From the NCBI GenBank assembly GCA_963695555.1, contig CAVOGR010000005.1, positions 32,001 through 96,000 of the forward strand: a stretch of DNA of 64,000 nt, given 5' to 3'. The notes below the pieces were generated by a model. It saw only the letters and a list, made by a program, of their open reading frames with translations. It searched no databases and was not told the DNA's origin. How positions within the stretch are numbered: the stretch's first letter is position 1; each line of letters begins with the position of its first letter. This document shows, piece by piece, positions 11,678 through 21,116 of this stretch. Origin of the DNA: an uncultured Gemmatimonadales bacterium (GTDB lineage Bacteria > Gemmatimonadota > Gemmatimonadetes > Gemmatimonadales > GWC2-71-9). The translations under genes and the position numbers were made by a program.

Positions 11678-12013
11678 ATGGAGTTCAGCGCGACGAATCA
11701 TGAGTCCGGAGTGGTCGTTGTCCGCGTGGAGGGACAGCTCATCGTCGGCAATCGTCAGGAGCTGAAGGCTCTCATCCAGGATGCGCTCGACGAAGGGAAG
11801 CGCCGGTTCCTCATTGATTTTGCGAACACCGGCTATATCGATTCCTCCGGGCTTGGCGCCCTGGTCTCCATCTCGAAGAAGATCCGCGACCAGAGCGGGA
11901 CGCTGCGGCTCGCCGGTTTGAACGAGGATCTTCGTTCGCTGTTCGAACTGACCAAGCTCGACACGCTCTTCGCGATCGACGCCTCCGCCACCCAGGCGCT
12001 CGCCAAGTTTTGA
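11678..12013 (+). CDS. STAS-domain anti-sigma factor antagonist (RsbV/SpoIIAA-like)
   Basis: YIDSSGLGALV phosphoserine motif; GGAGG RBS. Confidence 0.92.
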   Translation: MEFSATNHESGVVVVRVEGQLIVGNRQELKALIQDALDEGKRRFLIDFANTGYIDSSGLGALVSISKKIRDQSGTLRLAGLNEDLRSLFELTKLDTLFAIDASATQALAKF

Positions 12014-12029
12014 CGGGCGGGTAACGCCC

Positions 12030-12497
12030 ATGACGGCTCCGCTCAAACTCTGCGTACGTCGAACGGACGTGGTCACGTCCGCGGGCCCCGCCGTCGAGGT
12101 GTCGGTGGTCCTGCCGAGCGATGTGCGGTTCATCGAGGAAGCCGTCGAGCTCATGGCGCGCCATTGTTTCGCCGGGTACCGGGTATCCAGTCGCCTCCGA
12201 TTTCGCCTCCAGGTGACACTCTCCGAAGCGTTGGCGAACGCCATCATTTGCGGAAACGGGCAGAATCCGGAGAAGCAGGTCATCATTCGCGCCCACAGCG
12301 CCGCTGACCACATCGAGCTGGTGGTGACCGACGAAGGAAGCGGCTTCGACCCGGACCGTGTCGTCACGTCGGGTGCGGCGACGGTAATCGATAGCCAATG
12401 TGGGCGTGGGCTGTTTCTCATCCGGCAACTCGCGGACCGGATCGCCTACAACGCGGAAGGAAACTCCATCTGTATCACGCTGGGCCGCCACCTCTAG
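12030..12497 (+). CDS. Anti-sigma factor Ser kinase (RsbW-like HATPase)
   Basis: LSEALANAI, VTDEGSGFD, GRGLFLI. Confidence 0.88.
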   Translation: MTAPLKLCVRRTDVVTSAGPAVEVSVVLPSDVRFIEEAVELMARHCFAGYRVSSRLRFRLQVTLSEALANAIICGNGQNPEKQVIIRAHSAADHIELVVTDEGSGFDPDRVVTSGAATVIDSQCGRGLFLIRQLADRIAYNAEGNSICITLGRHL

Positions 12498-14074
12498 GAC
12501 GCGTCGACGCTGCCCTGCGAGCCGTGGGCGAACTGGGTGGGTGTTCGCTGCGCCTCTGGCACGTGGATGGCGAGCGGCTGTGGCTCCTTGCCGGGCCGGA
12601 TCCGGGCTGGGTGCCTGCCGTTCCGCGGACCGCCGGACTACTCGAGACGCCCGGAGGGACGCACTGGTTCGCCCAGGTTCCGGGCCTCGAAGACTTCTGG
12701 CTCGAGTTGGCATCCCAGGCAGATGGGACAGCGGCCCTGGCTGTTGGCGAACGGGCCGGGCAGGTCGTCGGCGCACTCCTCACCGCCGAGCGGGAACTGG
12801 GGCAGATGACCGAGGAGCTCGTGGGCCGGTATGAAGAAATCGATCTGCTCTACGCCATCAGCGAAATTCTCGGCCAGACCGTGCGTTTGGATGTGGCTAC
12901 CGGGACCATCTTGCGGGAAGTGAGCACCGTGGTCGGGGCACGGCGCGCATCGATCATGGTGTTTGACGAACCGGGAGATACCCTCCGGGTGGTGGCCTCA
13001 CGCGGAGCCGTGCCAGGCTCGGCGGCCCCGGTGCCCGTCACCCACCCGACATCCGTCGCTGCGCGCGCATTCCGCGAGCGGAGCGTGGTGTCGAGCGACG
13101 ATCACAAGCAGGCTTCCTCCCCGAGCGTCCCAAGCGGGGACCGAGGCTACCTGGGCACCTCATACCTCAGCATCCCCATTTGCTACGCCGCGCCAGGCAT
13201 GGGGACGCGCTGCGTGGGTGTTATCAACCTCACCGATCGAATTGGCGGAGACAGCTTCACGGCTGGTGACCGGAAGCTGCTCGCTGCGGTCGCCAATCAG
13301 ATCGGCGCCGCAATCGAGAACTCACGGCTGGTTATCCGGGATCTGCGGCAGCAGCGCCTGCACCACGAGCTCGAGTTGGCCCACGATCTTCAACTCCGGC
13401 TGCTTCCCGATCCCTCCGTGCTGCTGCCCGAAGCGGAGGTCGCAGCCCGCTGCCGGCCGGCCGAGTCGGTCGGCGGCGACTTCTATACTTTTACGCGGCT
13501 CGGCCGGGGGCGGGTCGGCGTCATGCTGGGGGACGTGTCGTCGCACGGATTCTCCGCCGCGCTGGTCATGGCGCTGGTCATGTCGGCCGCCGGCATCCAT
13601 TCCTCCGCGGGGAGTGCGCCCGATGAGACACTCACGGCCATGCTCGAAAGCCTCTCGGGAGACCTGACCTCGACCGAGATGTACCTAACGGTCTTCTACG
13701 GCGTCTTCAACTCGCGCTCGCGCCGGCTGATCTATGCAAACGCCGGGCACCAACACGCCTTCAGAATCCCGGCCGTCGGTCCGCCCCAACGGCTGGAGAC
13801 CACCGCGCCGCCCCTGGGACTGGCCGCCGGCAAATCGATCAAGCGGAGCCGGACGGCATGGCAAAGCTCCGACCTCCTGTGTCTCTGGACCGACGGCCTG
13901 ATCGATGCAACGAATGCGGCGGGCGAGGTCTTCGGTGAGGATCGGCTCCTGGCCGAGCTGTGCGCAGAGCGGACCCGGCCCGTGGCGGAGATCGTGGATG
14001 CCGTCTTCTCCAAGGCCGATGCATTCGCGCCGACACCCCGCGACGATCGCTCGCTCTTGGTTCTCCGGATCTGA
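12398..14074 (+). CDS. GAF + PP2C/SpoIIE phosphatase (RsbU-like); true start uncertain, possibly GTG 12524
   Basis: GAF domain, then ELELAHDLQLRLLP, VGGDFY, GDVSSHG, TDGL, DDRSLL. Confidence 0.88.
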   Translation: MWAWAVSHPATRGPDRLQRGRKLHLYHAGPPPLGRVDAALRAVGELGGCSLRLWHVDGERLWLLAGPDPGWVPAVPRTAGLLETPGGTHWFAQVPGLEDFWLELASQADGTAALAVGERAGQVVGALLTAERELGQMTEELVGRYEEIDLLYAISEILGQTVRLDVATGTILREVSTVVGARRASIMVFDEPGDTLRVVASRGAVPGSAAPVPVTHPTSVAARAFRERSVVSSDDHKQASSPSVPSGDRGYLGTSYLSIPICYAAPGMGTRCVGVINLTDRIGGDSFTAGDRKLLAAVANQIGAAIENSRLVIRDLRQQRLHHELELAHDLQLRLLPDPSVLLPEAEVAARCRPAESVGGDFYTFTRLGRGRVGVMLGDVSSHGFSAALVMALVMSAAGIHSSAGSAPDETLTAMLESLSGDLTSTEMYLTVFYGVFNSRSRRLIYANAGHQHAFRIPAVGPPQRLETTAPPLGLAAGKSIKRSRTAWQSSDLLCLWTDGLIDATNAAGEVFGEDRLLAELCAERTRPVAEIVDAVFSKADAFAPTPRDDRSLLVLRI

Positions 14075-14098
14075 GTAGGACAGCCTAGTTTTCCTGCC

Positions 14099-14896
14099 AT
14101 GCCCCGAGCAAAGCGCGAACTCGGCCAGCACTTCCTGTCCGATCCGAGCATCCTGCGGCGAATTGTCGCCGCACTAGATCCAGATCGGGGTGACGTTGTC
14201 TTGGAAATCGGGCCGGGGCGGGGATCCCTCACCTCGGTGCTGCTGGAACGGGTCGACCATGTCATCGCCGTCGAGCGTGACAGGGATCTGATTCCAGGGC
14301 TCAGGCAGGACTTTCCGTCGGCCACCATTATCCACGGCGACGCGCTCGATCTCGACTGGCATGCCCTTGCGAAAGACCGGCCGTTCCTTGTTGTCGGCAA
14401 CATTCCCTACCAAATCACCACTCCGCTCATCGACAAGGCGCTGACCCCGCCGCGGCCGGCCCGGATCGTCTTCTTGATCCAGCGCGAAGTTGCGGAACGA
14501 CTGACGGCGTCCCCGGGGACGAAGGCCTACGGAGCGCTCACGATTGGCGTGCAGGCGCTGGCTCAGGTGGAACGCCTGTTCCGAGTCCCCGCCGGCGCAT
14601 TCCACCCGCCGCCTCAGGTCCAGTCGGCGGTGGTCCGGCTCACCCCGCGGCGAGAGCCGTTGGTCGCGGACCGCGAGAGCAGGGAATTCCGGCGCCTGGT
14701 GGTCGGGCTGTTCGGGTTCCGCCGCAAGCAGCTGCTCCGCGCGGTGCGGGGTCTGACCGGGCTGCCTCCGGGAACCGCATCGGAGGTGTTGGAGCGGGCG
14801 GGCGTGGCCGGGAGCATCCGACCCGAAGGGCTGGCCCCTCCTGATTGCGTCAGGCTGTTCAGGAGTCTCGTTGACGGAGGATGGTGGCCGCGCTAG
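14099..14896 (+). CDS. rsmA: 16S rRNA dimethyladenosine transferase
   Basis: LGQHFL, LEIGPGRG, VGNIPYQIT. Confidence 0.95.
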   Translation: MPRAKRELGQHFLSDPSILRRIVAALDPDRGDVVLEIGPGRGSLTSVLLERVDHVIAVERDRDLIPGLRQDFPSATIIHGDALDLDWHALAKDRPFLVVGNIPYQITTPLIDKALTPPRPARIVFLIQREVAERLTASPGTKAYGALTIGVQALAQVERLFRVPAGAFHPPPQVQSAVVRLTPRREPLVADRESREFRRLVVGLFGFRRKQLLRAVRGLTGLPPGTASEVLERAGVAGSIRPEGLAPPDCVRLFRSLVDGGWWPR

Positions 14897-14898
14897 CT

Positions 14899-14916
14899 TT
14901 GTGAAACATTTCACAT
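14899..14916. promoter_or_regulatory. Rex operator overlapping the rex start codon
   Basis: TTGTGAA-ACAT-TTCACAT versus Rex consensus TTGTGAA-N4-TTCACAA. Confidence 0.85.
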
Positions 14917-15535
14917 GCCAAAAGTCGCCGACTCCACCATCCGCCGCCTCTCCCTCTATTTGCGGTTCCTCGAGGAATTCGAGGAGCGCGGTACCGCGAC
15001 TGTCAGCTCTGATGCCTTGGCCGCGCGTGGCGGCACGACCTCGGCCCAGGTCCGGAAGGACCTCTCGTTCTTCGGTTCGTTCGGCAAACGGGGCCTCGGG
15101 TACCGTGTGCCGGAGCTGGCCAGTCGGTTGCGTCAGATCCTCGGGCTGGGCGGCCGCTACCGGGTCGCGCTCATCGGGGCCGGAAAGATCGGCAGCGCAC
15201 TCTATCAGCATCACGGGTTCCGCGATCGCGGATTCGATATCGTGGCTGTCTTCGATCGCGATCCCCAGAAGATCGGGCACGTCTGGAACGGAGTTCCGGT
15301 GGCCGATGTGGCTCAGCTCGAGACCATCCTCGGCGCTCAATCGGTCGACATCGCAATTCTGGTGACGCCCGCCGAGGCCGCCCAAGAAACAGCGGACCGC
15401 TTGGTGCGCTTAGGCATCAAGGCCATCCTGAACTTCGCCCCTGTGCAGCTCAGCGTCCCCCACGAGGTGGCCGTCAAGACGGTCAACCTCGTCCTCGAAC
15501 TCGAAGCGCTCTCCTACTCCCTCACCAATCGGTGA
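14915..15535 (+). CDS. rex: Redox-sensing transcriptional repressor Rex
   Basis: TIRRLSLYLR, QVRKDLSFFG, IGAGKIG, ILNFAP. Confidence 0.96.
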   Translation: MPKVADSTIRRLSLYLRFLEEFEERGTATVSSDALAARGGTTSAQVRKDLSFFGSFGKRGLGYRVPELASRLRQILGLGGRYRVALIGAGKIGSALYQHHGFRDRGFDIVAVFDRDPQKIGHVWNGVPVADVAQLETILGAQSVDIAILVTPAEAAQETADRLVRLGIKAILNFAPVQLSVPHEVAVKTVNLVLELEALSYSLTNR

Positions 15536-15581
15536 CGCGCGGCCGGGCGCCAGGCCCGGGACCCGGTTAGGTTTCCCGTCC

Positions 15582-16814
15582 ATGTCTCGTGCTTGTATCA
15601 ACTCCGAGATCGGGGCGCTCGAGGCCGTGATCGTCCACACTCCGGGCGAGGAGCTGCGGGGCGTCACGCCGGCCAACCGCGAGGCCTATCTCTACTCGGA
15701 TATCGTCGATCTCACGCTGGCCCAGGCTGAGCACCGCCAGTTTATCGATGTGCTGCAGCGCTTTGCCACCGTGTACTCCGTCGAGCAACTCCTCACTGAT
15801 GTGCTGGCCATTCCCGAGGCGCGGTCGTTTCTCCAAGAAACTACGACGAACCTGGTTCCTGCCGAGAGCTTGGCCGTCGGCTTACATCAGCTCTCTGCGG
15901 AGCAGATGGTTCGTACCCTGATCGAGGGGGCCCGACTCGAGCGCGGGCCGGTCGCGAAGGCGCTCAACGGGTTCGGCTTTGCATTTCCACCGTTGCCGAA
16001 CCTGTTCTTCCCTCGTGACGCGGGCGTCATCATCGGCGAGTACGCGTTGGTCGGAGCGATGCGGTACGATGTCCGGTGGACGGAAGAACTCCTGATCAAA
16101 GCACTGCTGCTCTACCACCCCGACCTGGACAATCGCGGAGTGATTTACGATGGCTCCCGGGAGAAGCGCGATCATTACACGCTCGAGGGAGGGGACATCC
16201 ATCGTCTGCGGGAGGACGTGATTCTGGTCGGTCTGAGCGACCGGACGTCGCCGGCAGCGATCGATATGCTGTGTGAATTGGTCTTCGCGCATGGCCTCGC
16301 TACGGATGTCCTGGTCGTGGTGATGCCGGGAGCTCCGACGGCCATCCATCTCGACATGGTGTTCAGCCAGGTCGACACCGATCTGTGCGTGGTGTTCCCG
16401 CCGTTTTTCATTGGACCGGAGCGGCGTACGGTGCTGCATCGCCGCAAGGGCACGGACTCGGTTCGGGAGGTGCCCGATTTCTTCGCGGGCCTCAAAGACC
16501 TGGACATCGATTTACAGCCCATCCTCGCGGGTGGGGACAACCGCTCGACTCAGGAGCGCGAGCAATGGAGCTCCGCCTGTAATTTTTTGGCGCTCCGTCC
16601 CGGACTCGTCGTCGGCTATGGCAGGAACCGGGGCACGCTGCGGCAGTTGGAAGCGGCGGGCTTCCAGCTACGCTCAGCCGAGGAGTTCTTGGCGCAGTCC
16701 GAGGCCTCCGCCGTGGCGCAGCGCGCGGTGATCACGATTTCAGGTAGCGAGCTGGTGCGTGGTGGCGGGGGACCCCGGTGCATGACGCTTCCGGTCCGCC
16801 GAGCCGCCTTGTGA
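15582..16814 (+). CDS. arcA: Arginine deiminase family protein
   Basis: SEIGAL..VIVHTPG, PNLFFPRD, LEGGD, HLDMV, ELVRGGGGPRCMT with catalytic Cys. Confidence 0.88.
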   Translation: MSRACINSEIGALEAVIVHTPGEELRGVTPANREAYLYSDIVDLTLAQAEHRQFIDVLQRFATVYSVEQLLTDVLAIPEARSFLQETTTNLVPAESLAVGLHQLSAEQMVRTLIEGARLERGPVAKALNGFGFAFPPLPNLFFPRDAGVIIGEYALVGAMRYDVRWTEELLIKALLLYHPDLDNRGVIYDGSREKRDHYTLEGGDIHRLREDVILVGLSDRTSPAAIDMLCELVFAHGLATDVLVVVMPGAPTAIHLDMVFSQVDTDLCVVFPPFFIGPERRTVLHRRKGTDSVREVPDFFAGLKDLDIDLQPILAGGDNRSTQEREQWSSACNFLALRPGLVVGYGRNRGTLRQLEAAGFQLRSAEEFLAQSEASAVAQRAVITISGSELVRGGGGPRCMTLPVRRAAL

Positions 16815-17647
16815 CCGGGTTGGCCGCCCACCCGAGTTCGACCTTGCTGGAGCGCGCCCTCGGACTCATGGCCGAAGGACCGTTGTCCGCATTGACGGTG
16901 GCCAACGAGGTCATGGGCCTTGGGCGGGCGTCGGAGAGTGTCGCGTCGCGTCTCACGGCGGCACTGCTGGGCGCCGACCCCCGGGTCGGGCAGCTGCCCG
17001 ATGGACGCTGGGCGCTGGTCGCGGCGGCGGCCGGGTCTCCGATGGTGGATGACTGCGCGTATGCAGTGGTAGACGTCGAGACTACCGGGGGGCAGTCCGG
17101 GGCCAGGGATCGGTTGACGGAGATCGCCGTGGTGGTGGTGCAGGGGAGCCGGACCGAACTCGTGCTCGATTCCCTGGTGAATCCCCAACGGCCCGTCCCG
17201 CGGATTGCGACTTCGCTCACCGGAATTACCAATGCCATGGTCCGTGACGCGCCAACCTTCGAGGAGCTGGCTGACCAGATCGTGGCCGCTTTGGCGGGCC
17301 GGGTCTTCGTGGCGCACAACGCCCGGTTCGACTGGGGGTTTCTCGATCGCGAGCTCAAGAGAAGCCGCGACGTCGTACTGAGCGGACCCCGTCTCTGCAC
17401 CGTCCGACTGGCCCGGCGACTGCTACGCGGTCAAGCGTCGTGCGGATTGGACAGTCTCACCGACCGCTTTGGGTTGGTCAACCACGCCCGCCATCGCGCG
17501 GCGGGCGACGCGATGGTCACGGCGGAGCTACTCCGTCGCCTCCTCCGACTTGCCAAATCGGAAGGGTTTGCCACCCTCACAGATCTCGAGCGCCTCTGCG
17601 CCAAACGGGTCGCCACGTCGCGTCGCCGACCGCGCGGGCGTTCCTGA
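16811..17647 (+). CDS. DEDDh 3'-5' exonuclease (DNA Pol III epsilon-like)
   Basis: VVDVETTG, VAHNARFD, HRAAGDA. Confidence 0.88.
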   Translation: MTGLAAHPSSTLLERALGLMAEGPLSALTVANEVMGLGRASESVASRLTAALLGADPRVGQLPDGRWALVAAAAGSPMVDDCAYAVVDVETTGGQSGARDRLTEIAVVVVQGSRTELVLDSLVNPQRPVPRIATSLTGITNAMVRDAPTFEELADQIVAALAGRVFVAHNARFDWGFLDRELKRSRDVVLSGPRLCTVRLARRLLRGQASCGLDSLTDRFGLVNHARHRAAGDAMVTAELLRRLLRLAKSEGFATLTDLERLCAKRVATSRRRPRGRS

Positions 17648-17655
17648 GGGAACCC

Positions 17656-18573
17656 ATGTCGCTTACCCGAACCTTTGAGATCGGCTCCCTCCGCTGTCAC
17701 ACGCTCGAGGCCGGGCGCCAGCGCCTGGACGGCGGTGCCATGTTCGGTGTGGTTCCCAAGCCGCTCTGGAGCCGCCGCATCCCTGCCGACGACCGGAATC
17801 GGATTCCGCTCGCCTTGCGCTGTCTGCTCGTGGAGCATCCCGACGGATTGGTGTTGATCGATACCGGGGTCGGTAACAAAGAAGACGAGAAATTCCGGGA
17901 CATGTACGGCATCGAGAACGACGGCGCGGCCGGGCCGACCCAGCTGGAGGACGCGTTGGCGGAACTCGGATTCGGCTCCGACGACGTGGCCTGGGTCATC
18001 AACACCCACCTCCACTTCGATCACGCCGGTGGGAACACGTACCGAGCACCTGGCTCCGATCAACCGCTCCTCGCCTTTCCCCGGGCCACACACATTGTGC
18101 AGCGGGGTGAGCTCGACTTTGCCCGACACACCAACGAGCGGACCCGGGGCAGCTACTTCTCCCACAACTTCGAGCCAATCGATCAGGCGGGGCGGTGGCA
18201 GCTAGTGGACCAGGCGGCGGACATCCTTCCCGGCATCCGTGTGCGGCTCACGCCCGGGCATGTGCCGTTCCACCAATCGGTCCTGGTGACGGATGGGGGC
18301 GATGCGAGCCTCTTCCTGGCCGACCTGATCCCCACCTCGGCCCACCTCCCGCTCCCCTGGATCATGGGATACGACGTCGAGCCGCTGCGAACCCTCGAGA
18401 CGAAGCGAGCCATCCTGGCGGAGGCCGCCAAGCAGGGGTGGCGACTCGTGTTCGAGCACGATCCCGAGGTGCTCTGGGGCCGTGCCCGGGCCGATGGAGC
18501 GCGGGTGGTCCTCGACGAGGTCGCATCCGTGGCGGATGGGTCGCCGGGGCCAGGGGGGCCACGGGCAAGTTGA
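17656..18573 (+). CDS. Metallo-beta-lactamase-fold hydrolase (YtnP-like)
   Basis: LDGGAMFGVVPK, THLHFDHAGG, TPGH, FEHD. Confidence 0.9.
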   Translation: MSLTRTFEIGSLRCHTLEAGRQRLDGGAMFGVVPKPLWSRRIPADDRNRIPLALRCLLVEHPDGLVLIDTGVGNKEDEKFRDMYGIENDGAAGPTQLEDALAELGFGSDDVAWVINTHLHFDHAGGNTYRAPGSDQPLLAFPRATHIVQRGELDFARHTNERTRGSYFSHNFEPIDQAGRWQLVDQAADILPGIRVRLTPGHVPFHQSVLVTDGGDASLFLADLIPTSAHLPLPWIMGYDVEPLRTLETKRAILAEAAKQGWRLVFEHDPEVLWGRARADGARVVLDEVASVADGSPGPGGPRAS

Positions 18574-18598
18574 CACTAGGTCCCTCAGGGCCTACTAT
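18570..18598 (+). promoter_or_regulatory. Sigma70 promoter of the infC-rpmI-rplT operon
   Basis: TTGACA (18570-75), 17-bp spacer, TACTAT (18593-98). Confidence 0.75.
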
Positions 18599-18604
18599 AC
18601 GGCC

Positions 18605-18745
18605 CGAAGCGGGGTTAGCCCCCCACCCTCAGCCCGGCCGTGGAGCCGGCGCGACCGGGTCCGATTTTGCTCCCAGAGTATGCGGCAGGTGGCCGGCACG
18701 GGGGGCAGCATGGACATCCGGGAGGCAACGGATGTCTTTTTTTGT
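18605..18745 (+). ncRNA. Putative structured ribosomal-protein leader (L20-leader-like)
   Basis: GGGGT/ACCCT stem with loop GCCCCCC complementary to GGGGGGC at 18700-06, followed by a terminator; lies upstream of infC-rpmI-rplT. Confidence 0.45.
18713..18743 (+). terminator. Intrinsic terminator/attenuator hairpin upstream of infC
   Basis: GACATCCG-8 nt-CGGATGTC perfect stem followed by T7. Confidence 0.7.
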
Positions 18746-18771
18746 CGACTTCGACATGGAGGTTCACCACC

Positions 18772-19290
18772 CTGGCTGCTGACAAAGAGAAACGAGCCCG
18801 CGTCAATCGCCAAATCCGTATCAGCCCCGTGCGCGTCATCACAGCAGCGGGCGAGCAACTGGGGGTACTCCCCATCGAAGAGGCACTGGCCGCGGCCGAC
18901 GCGCGTGGGCTCGATTTGGTGGAGGTAGCTCCCACCGCGCGTCCTCCCGTCGTCAAGATCATGGATTACGGGAAGTACAAGTTCGAAGAGGCCAAGGCGG
19001 CCAAAGCAGCCAAGAAGAAGCAGCACATCATCCATCTCAAGGAAGTGAAATTCCGACCTGGGATCGATGACCACGACTTCGACTTCAAGACGCGCCATGC
19101 CAGGGAGTTCCTGATGGAAGGCAACAAGGTGAAGGTGACCATGATGTTCCGGGGCCGGCAATTGGCGCATGTCGAAATTGGGCGGGCGGTGCTGGACCGG
19201 GTGGCGGAGGTGCTGGCGGACGTTGGAAAGATCGAGGCGTACCCGAAGCTCGAGGGGCGCAACATGACGATGGTCATCGGCCCGAAGTAG
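18772..19290 (+). CDS. infC: Translation initiation factor IF-3 (probable CTG start)
   Basis: [42 protein letters not shown] 8 nt before in-frame CTG. Confidence 0.95.
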   Translation: MAADKEKRARVNRQIRISPVRVITAAGEQLGVLPIEEALAAADARGLDLVEVAPTARPPVVKIMDYGKYKFEEAKAAKAAKKKQHIIHLKEVKFRPGIDDHDFDFKTRHAREFLMEGNKVKVTMMFRGRQLAHVEIGRAVLDRVAEVLADVGKIEAYPKLEGRNMTMVIGPK

Positions 19291-19355
19291 ACATACACAG
19301 GGAGCAGCACCACCCGTTGCGATCTCGGTCGCTCGGCGGGGAGGTGGGAGGATAT

Positions 19356-19550
19356 ATGCCAAAAATGAAAACCAAGCGTGCAGCCGCGAAGCGATTTCGC
19401 GCCACCGGGACGGGGAAGCTCCGTCGCTTTCACGCCAACCACTCGCATATCCTGACGAAGAAGTCGCGCAAGCGGAAGAATCGGCTGAAGAAGGGAGACC
19501 TGGTCAGCTCCGCCGATTTCCCGCGTGTCAGCCGGCTTCTCCAGGCGTAA
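19356..19550 (+). CDS. rpmI: 50S ribosomal protein L35
   Basis: [21 protein letters not shown]. Confidence 0.97.
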   Translation: MPKMKTKRAAAKRFRATGTGKLRRFHANHSHILTKKSRKRKNRLKKGDLVSSADFPRVSRLLQA

Positions 19551-19559
19551 GGAGGTCGT

Positions 19560-19934
19560 ATGCCCCGAGTCAAGAACGGCGTCGCCCACCACGCCCGGAA
19601 GCGCAAGATCATGCAGGGCGCCAAGGGCGCCCGCGGTGGCCGAAGCAAGCTCTACAAGTCCGCCAAGGAGACGGTGGAACGCGGCCTGGCCTATGCCTAC
19701 CGCGACCGCCGCAAGAAGAAATCCGACTTTCGGCGGCTCTGGATCACCCGGATCAACGCCGCGGCGCGGCTGCACGGGCTGAGCTACAACCGCCTCATGA
19801 ACGGGCTCAAGCGCTCCGGTGTGGAAATCAATCGAAAGATCCTCGCCGACCTCGCCGTGCGGGATGCAGCGGCATTCGCCGAGCTTGCGGCGGTGGCCAA
19901 GAGCGCCGACGCCGCCGCGAGAGGCGGGTCGTAA
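19560..19934 (+). CDS. rplT: 50S ribosomal protein L20
   Basis: [24 protein letters not shown]. Confidence 0.97.
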   Translation: MPRVKNGVAHHARKRKIMQGAKGARGGRSKLYKSAKETVERGLAYAYRDRRKKKSDFRRLWITRINAAARLHGLSYNRLMNGLKRSGVEINRKILADLAVRDAAAFAELAAVAKSADAAARGGS

Positions 19935-20054
19935 CGACGCGGGGCCGGTTCCATTCGGCGGCCCGCTCCGCCCAGCAGGAGATCAGGTTGCGTGGGGTCG
20001 CTCGCGATGGCGGACGGCCCCACGCGCGTATCCACCTTGGCCCACCATGATGCC

Positions 20055-21113
20055 ATGACCAAAGCAACCGGATATGCGGTCCTCGACGCGACGCTGCCAC
20101 GCCTCGAGCGCATCCCCACCCTGGACACCGCCGCGCTCGACGAGGAGCAGGTTGCCCTCTTGGGTCGCAAGCAGGGTGTGTTGACGACGGCGCTCCGGTC
20201 GCTCGGCTCGCTGCCGCTCGAGGAGCGGAAGCGGTTTGGCGCCGCGGTCAACCGAATCAAGTCGGAAGTCGAGCAGGCCATCCGGGCCCGCCGCGAGCAG
20301 CTCGAGGTCGCAGAGCGGCGCACGGCCGAGTTCGCCGATGGGACGATGCCGGGCCGCCGGAGCTGGGTTGGGGCCAAACATCCCGTGACCCGCGTGGTGG
20401 ATGAGATCACCGAGATCTTCCGCGCGCTCGGATTCACCCGGGCCATCGGGCCGGAGGCGGAGACCGAGTGGTACAATTTCGGCGCGCTCAACTTTCCGCC
20501 CGACCACCCGGCCATGGACATGCACGACACCCTGTATCTGGACGTCGGCGACCCGCCGCCCGACGACCCGGGCGGGCGCGTGCTGTTGCGGACCCACACG
20601 TCGCCCGTGCAGATCCGGACGATGCTCGCGTATCCGCCGCCCATCCGATCCATCATGCCCGGCATGGTCTACCGCAAGGATACCTTCGACGCCTCCCATG
20701 CACCGGCCTTTTCCCAAATCGAGGGCCTGGCCGTGGACGAAGGCGTGAGCTTCGTGGATCTCAAGGCCACCTTGCTCCACTTCGCGCACGAGTTCTTCTC
20801 ACCCACGACCCGGGTCCGGTTCCGGCCGTCGTTCTTCCCGTTCACCGAGCCGTCGGCGGAAATGGACATCGGGTGCCTGTTGTGCGGGGCCACCGGGTGC
20901 CCGGCCTGCAAGGGCAGCGGGTGGATGGAGATCCTGGGATGCGGCATGGTGCACCCCACCGTGCTCGAGAACTGTAACATCGATTCGGAGCGCTACACCG
21001 GCTACGCGTTCGGCATGGGGCCCCATCGCATCGCCATGCTGCGCTACGGCATTCCGGACATCCGCCTGCTGTTCGACGGCGATATGCGCTTCCTCACCCA
21101 GTTCGGGATCTGA
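20055..21113 (+). CDS. pheS: Phenylalanine--tRNA ligase alpha subunit
   Basis: HPAMDMHDT, LRTHTSPVQ, FPFTEPS, WMEILGCGMVHP; start approximate. Confidence 0.96.
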   Translation: MTKATGYAVLDATLPRLERIPTLDTAALDEEQVALLGRKQGVLTTALRSLGSLPLEERKRFGAAVNRIKSEVEQAIRARREQLEVAERRTAEFADGTMPGRRSWVGAKHPVTRVVDEITEIFRALGFTRAIGPEAETEWYNFGALNFPPDHPAMDMHDTLYLDVGDPPPDDPGGRVLLRTHTSPVQIRTMLAYPPPIRSIMPGMVYRKDTFDASHAPAFSQIEGLAVDEGVSFVDLKATLLHFAHEFFSPTTRVRFRPSFFPFTEPSAEMDIGCLLCGATGCPACKGSGWMEILGCGMVHPTVLENCNIDSERYTGYAFGMGPHRIAMLRYGIPDIRLLFDGDMRFLTQFGI

Positions 21114-21116
21114 GTC

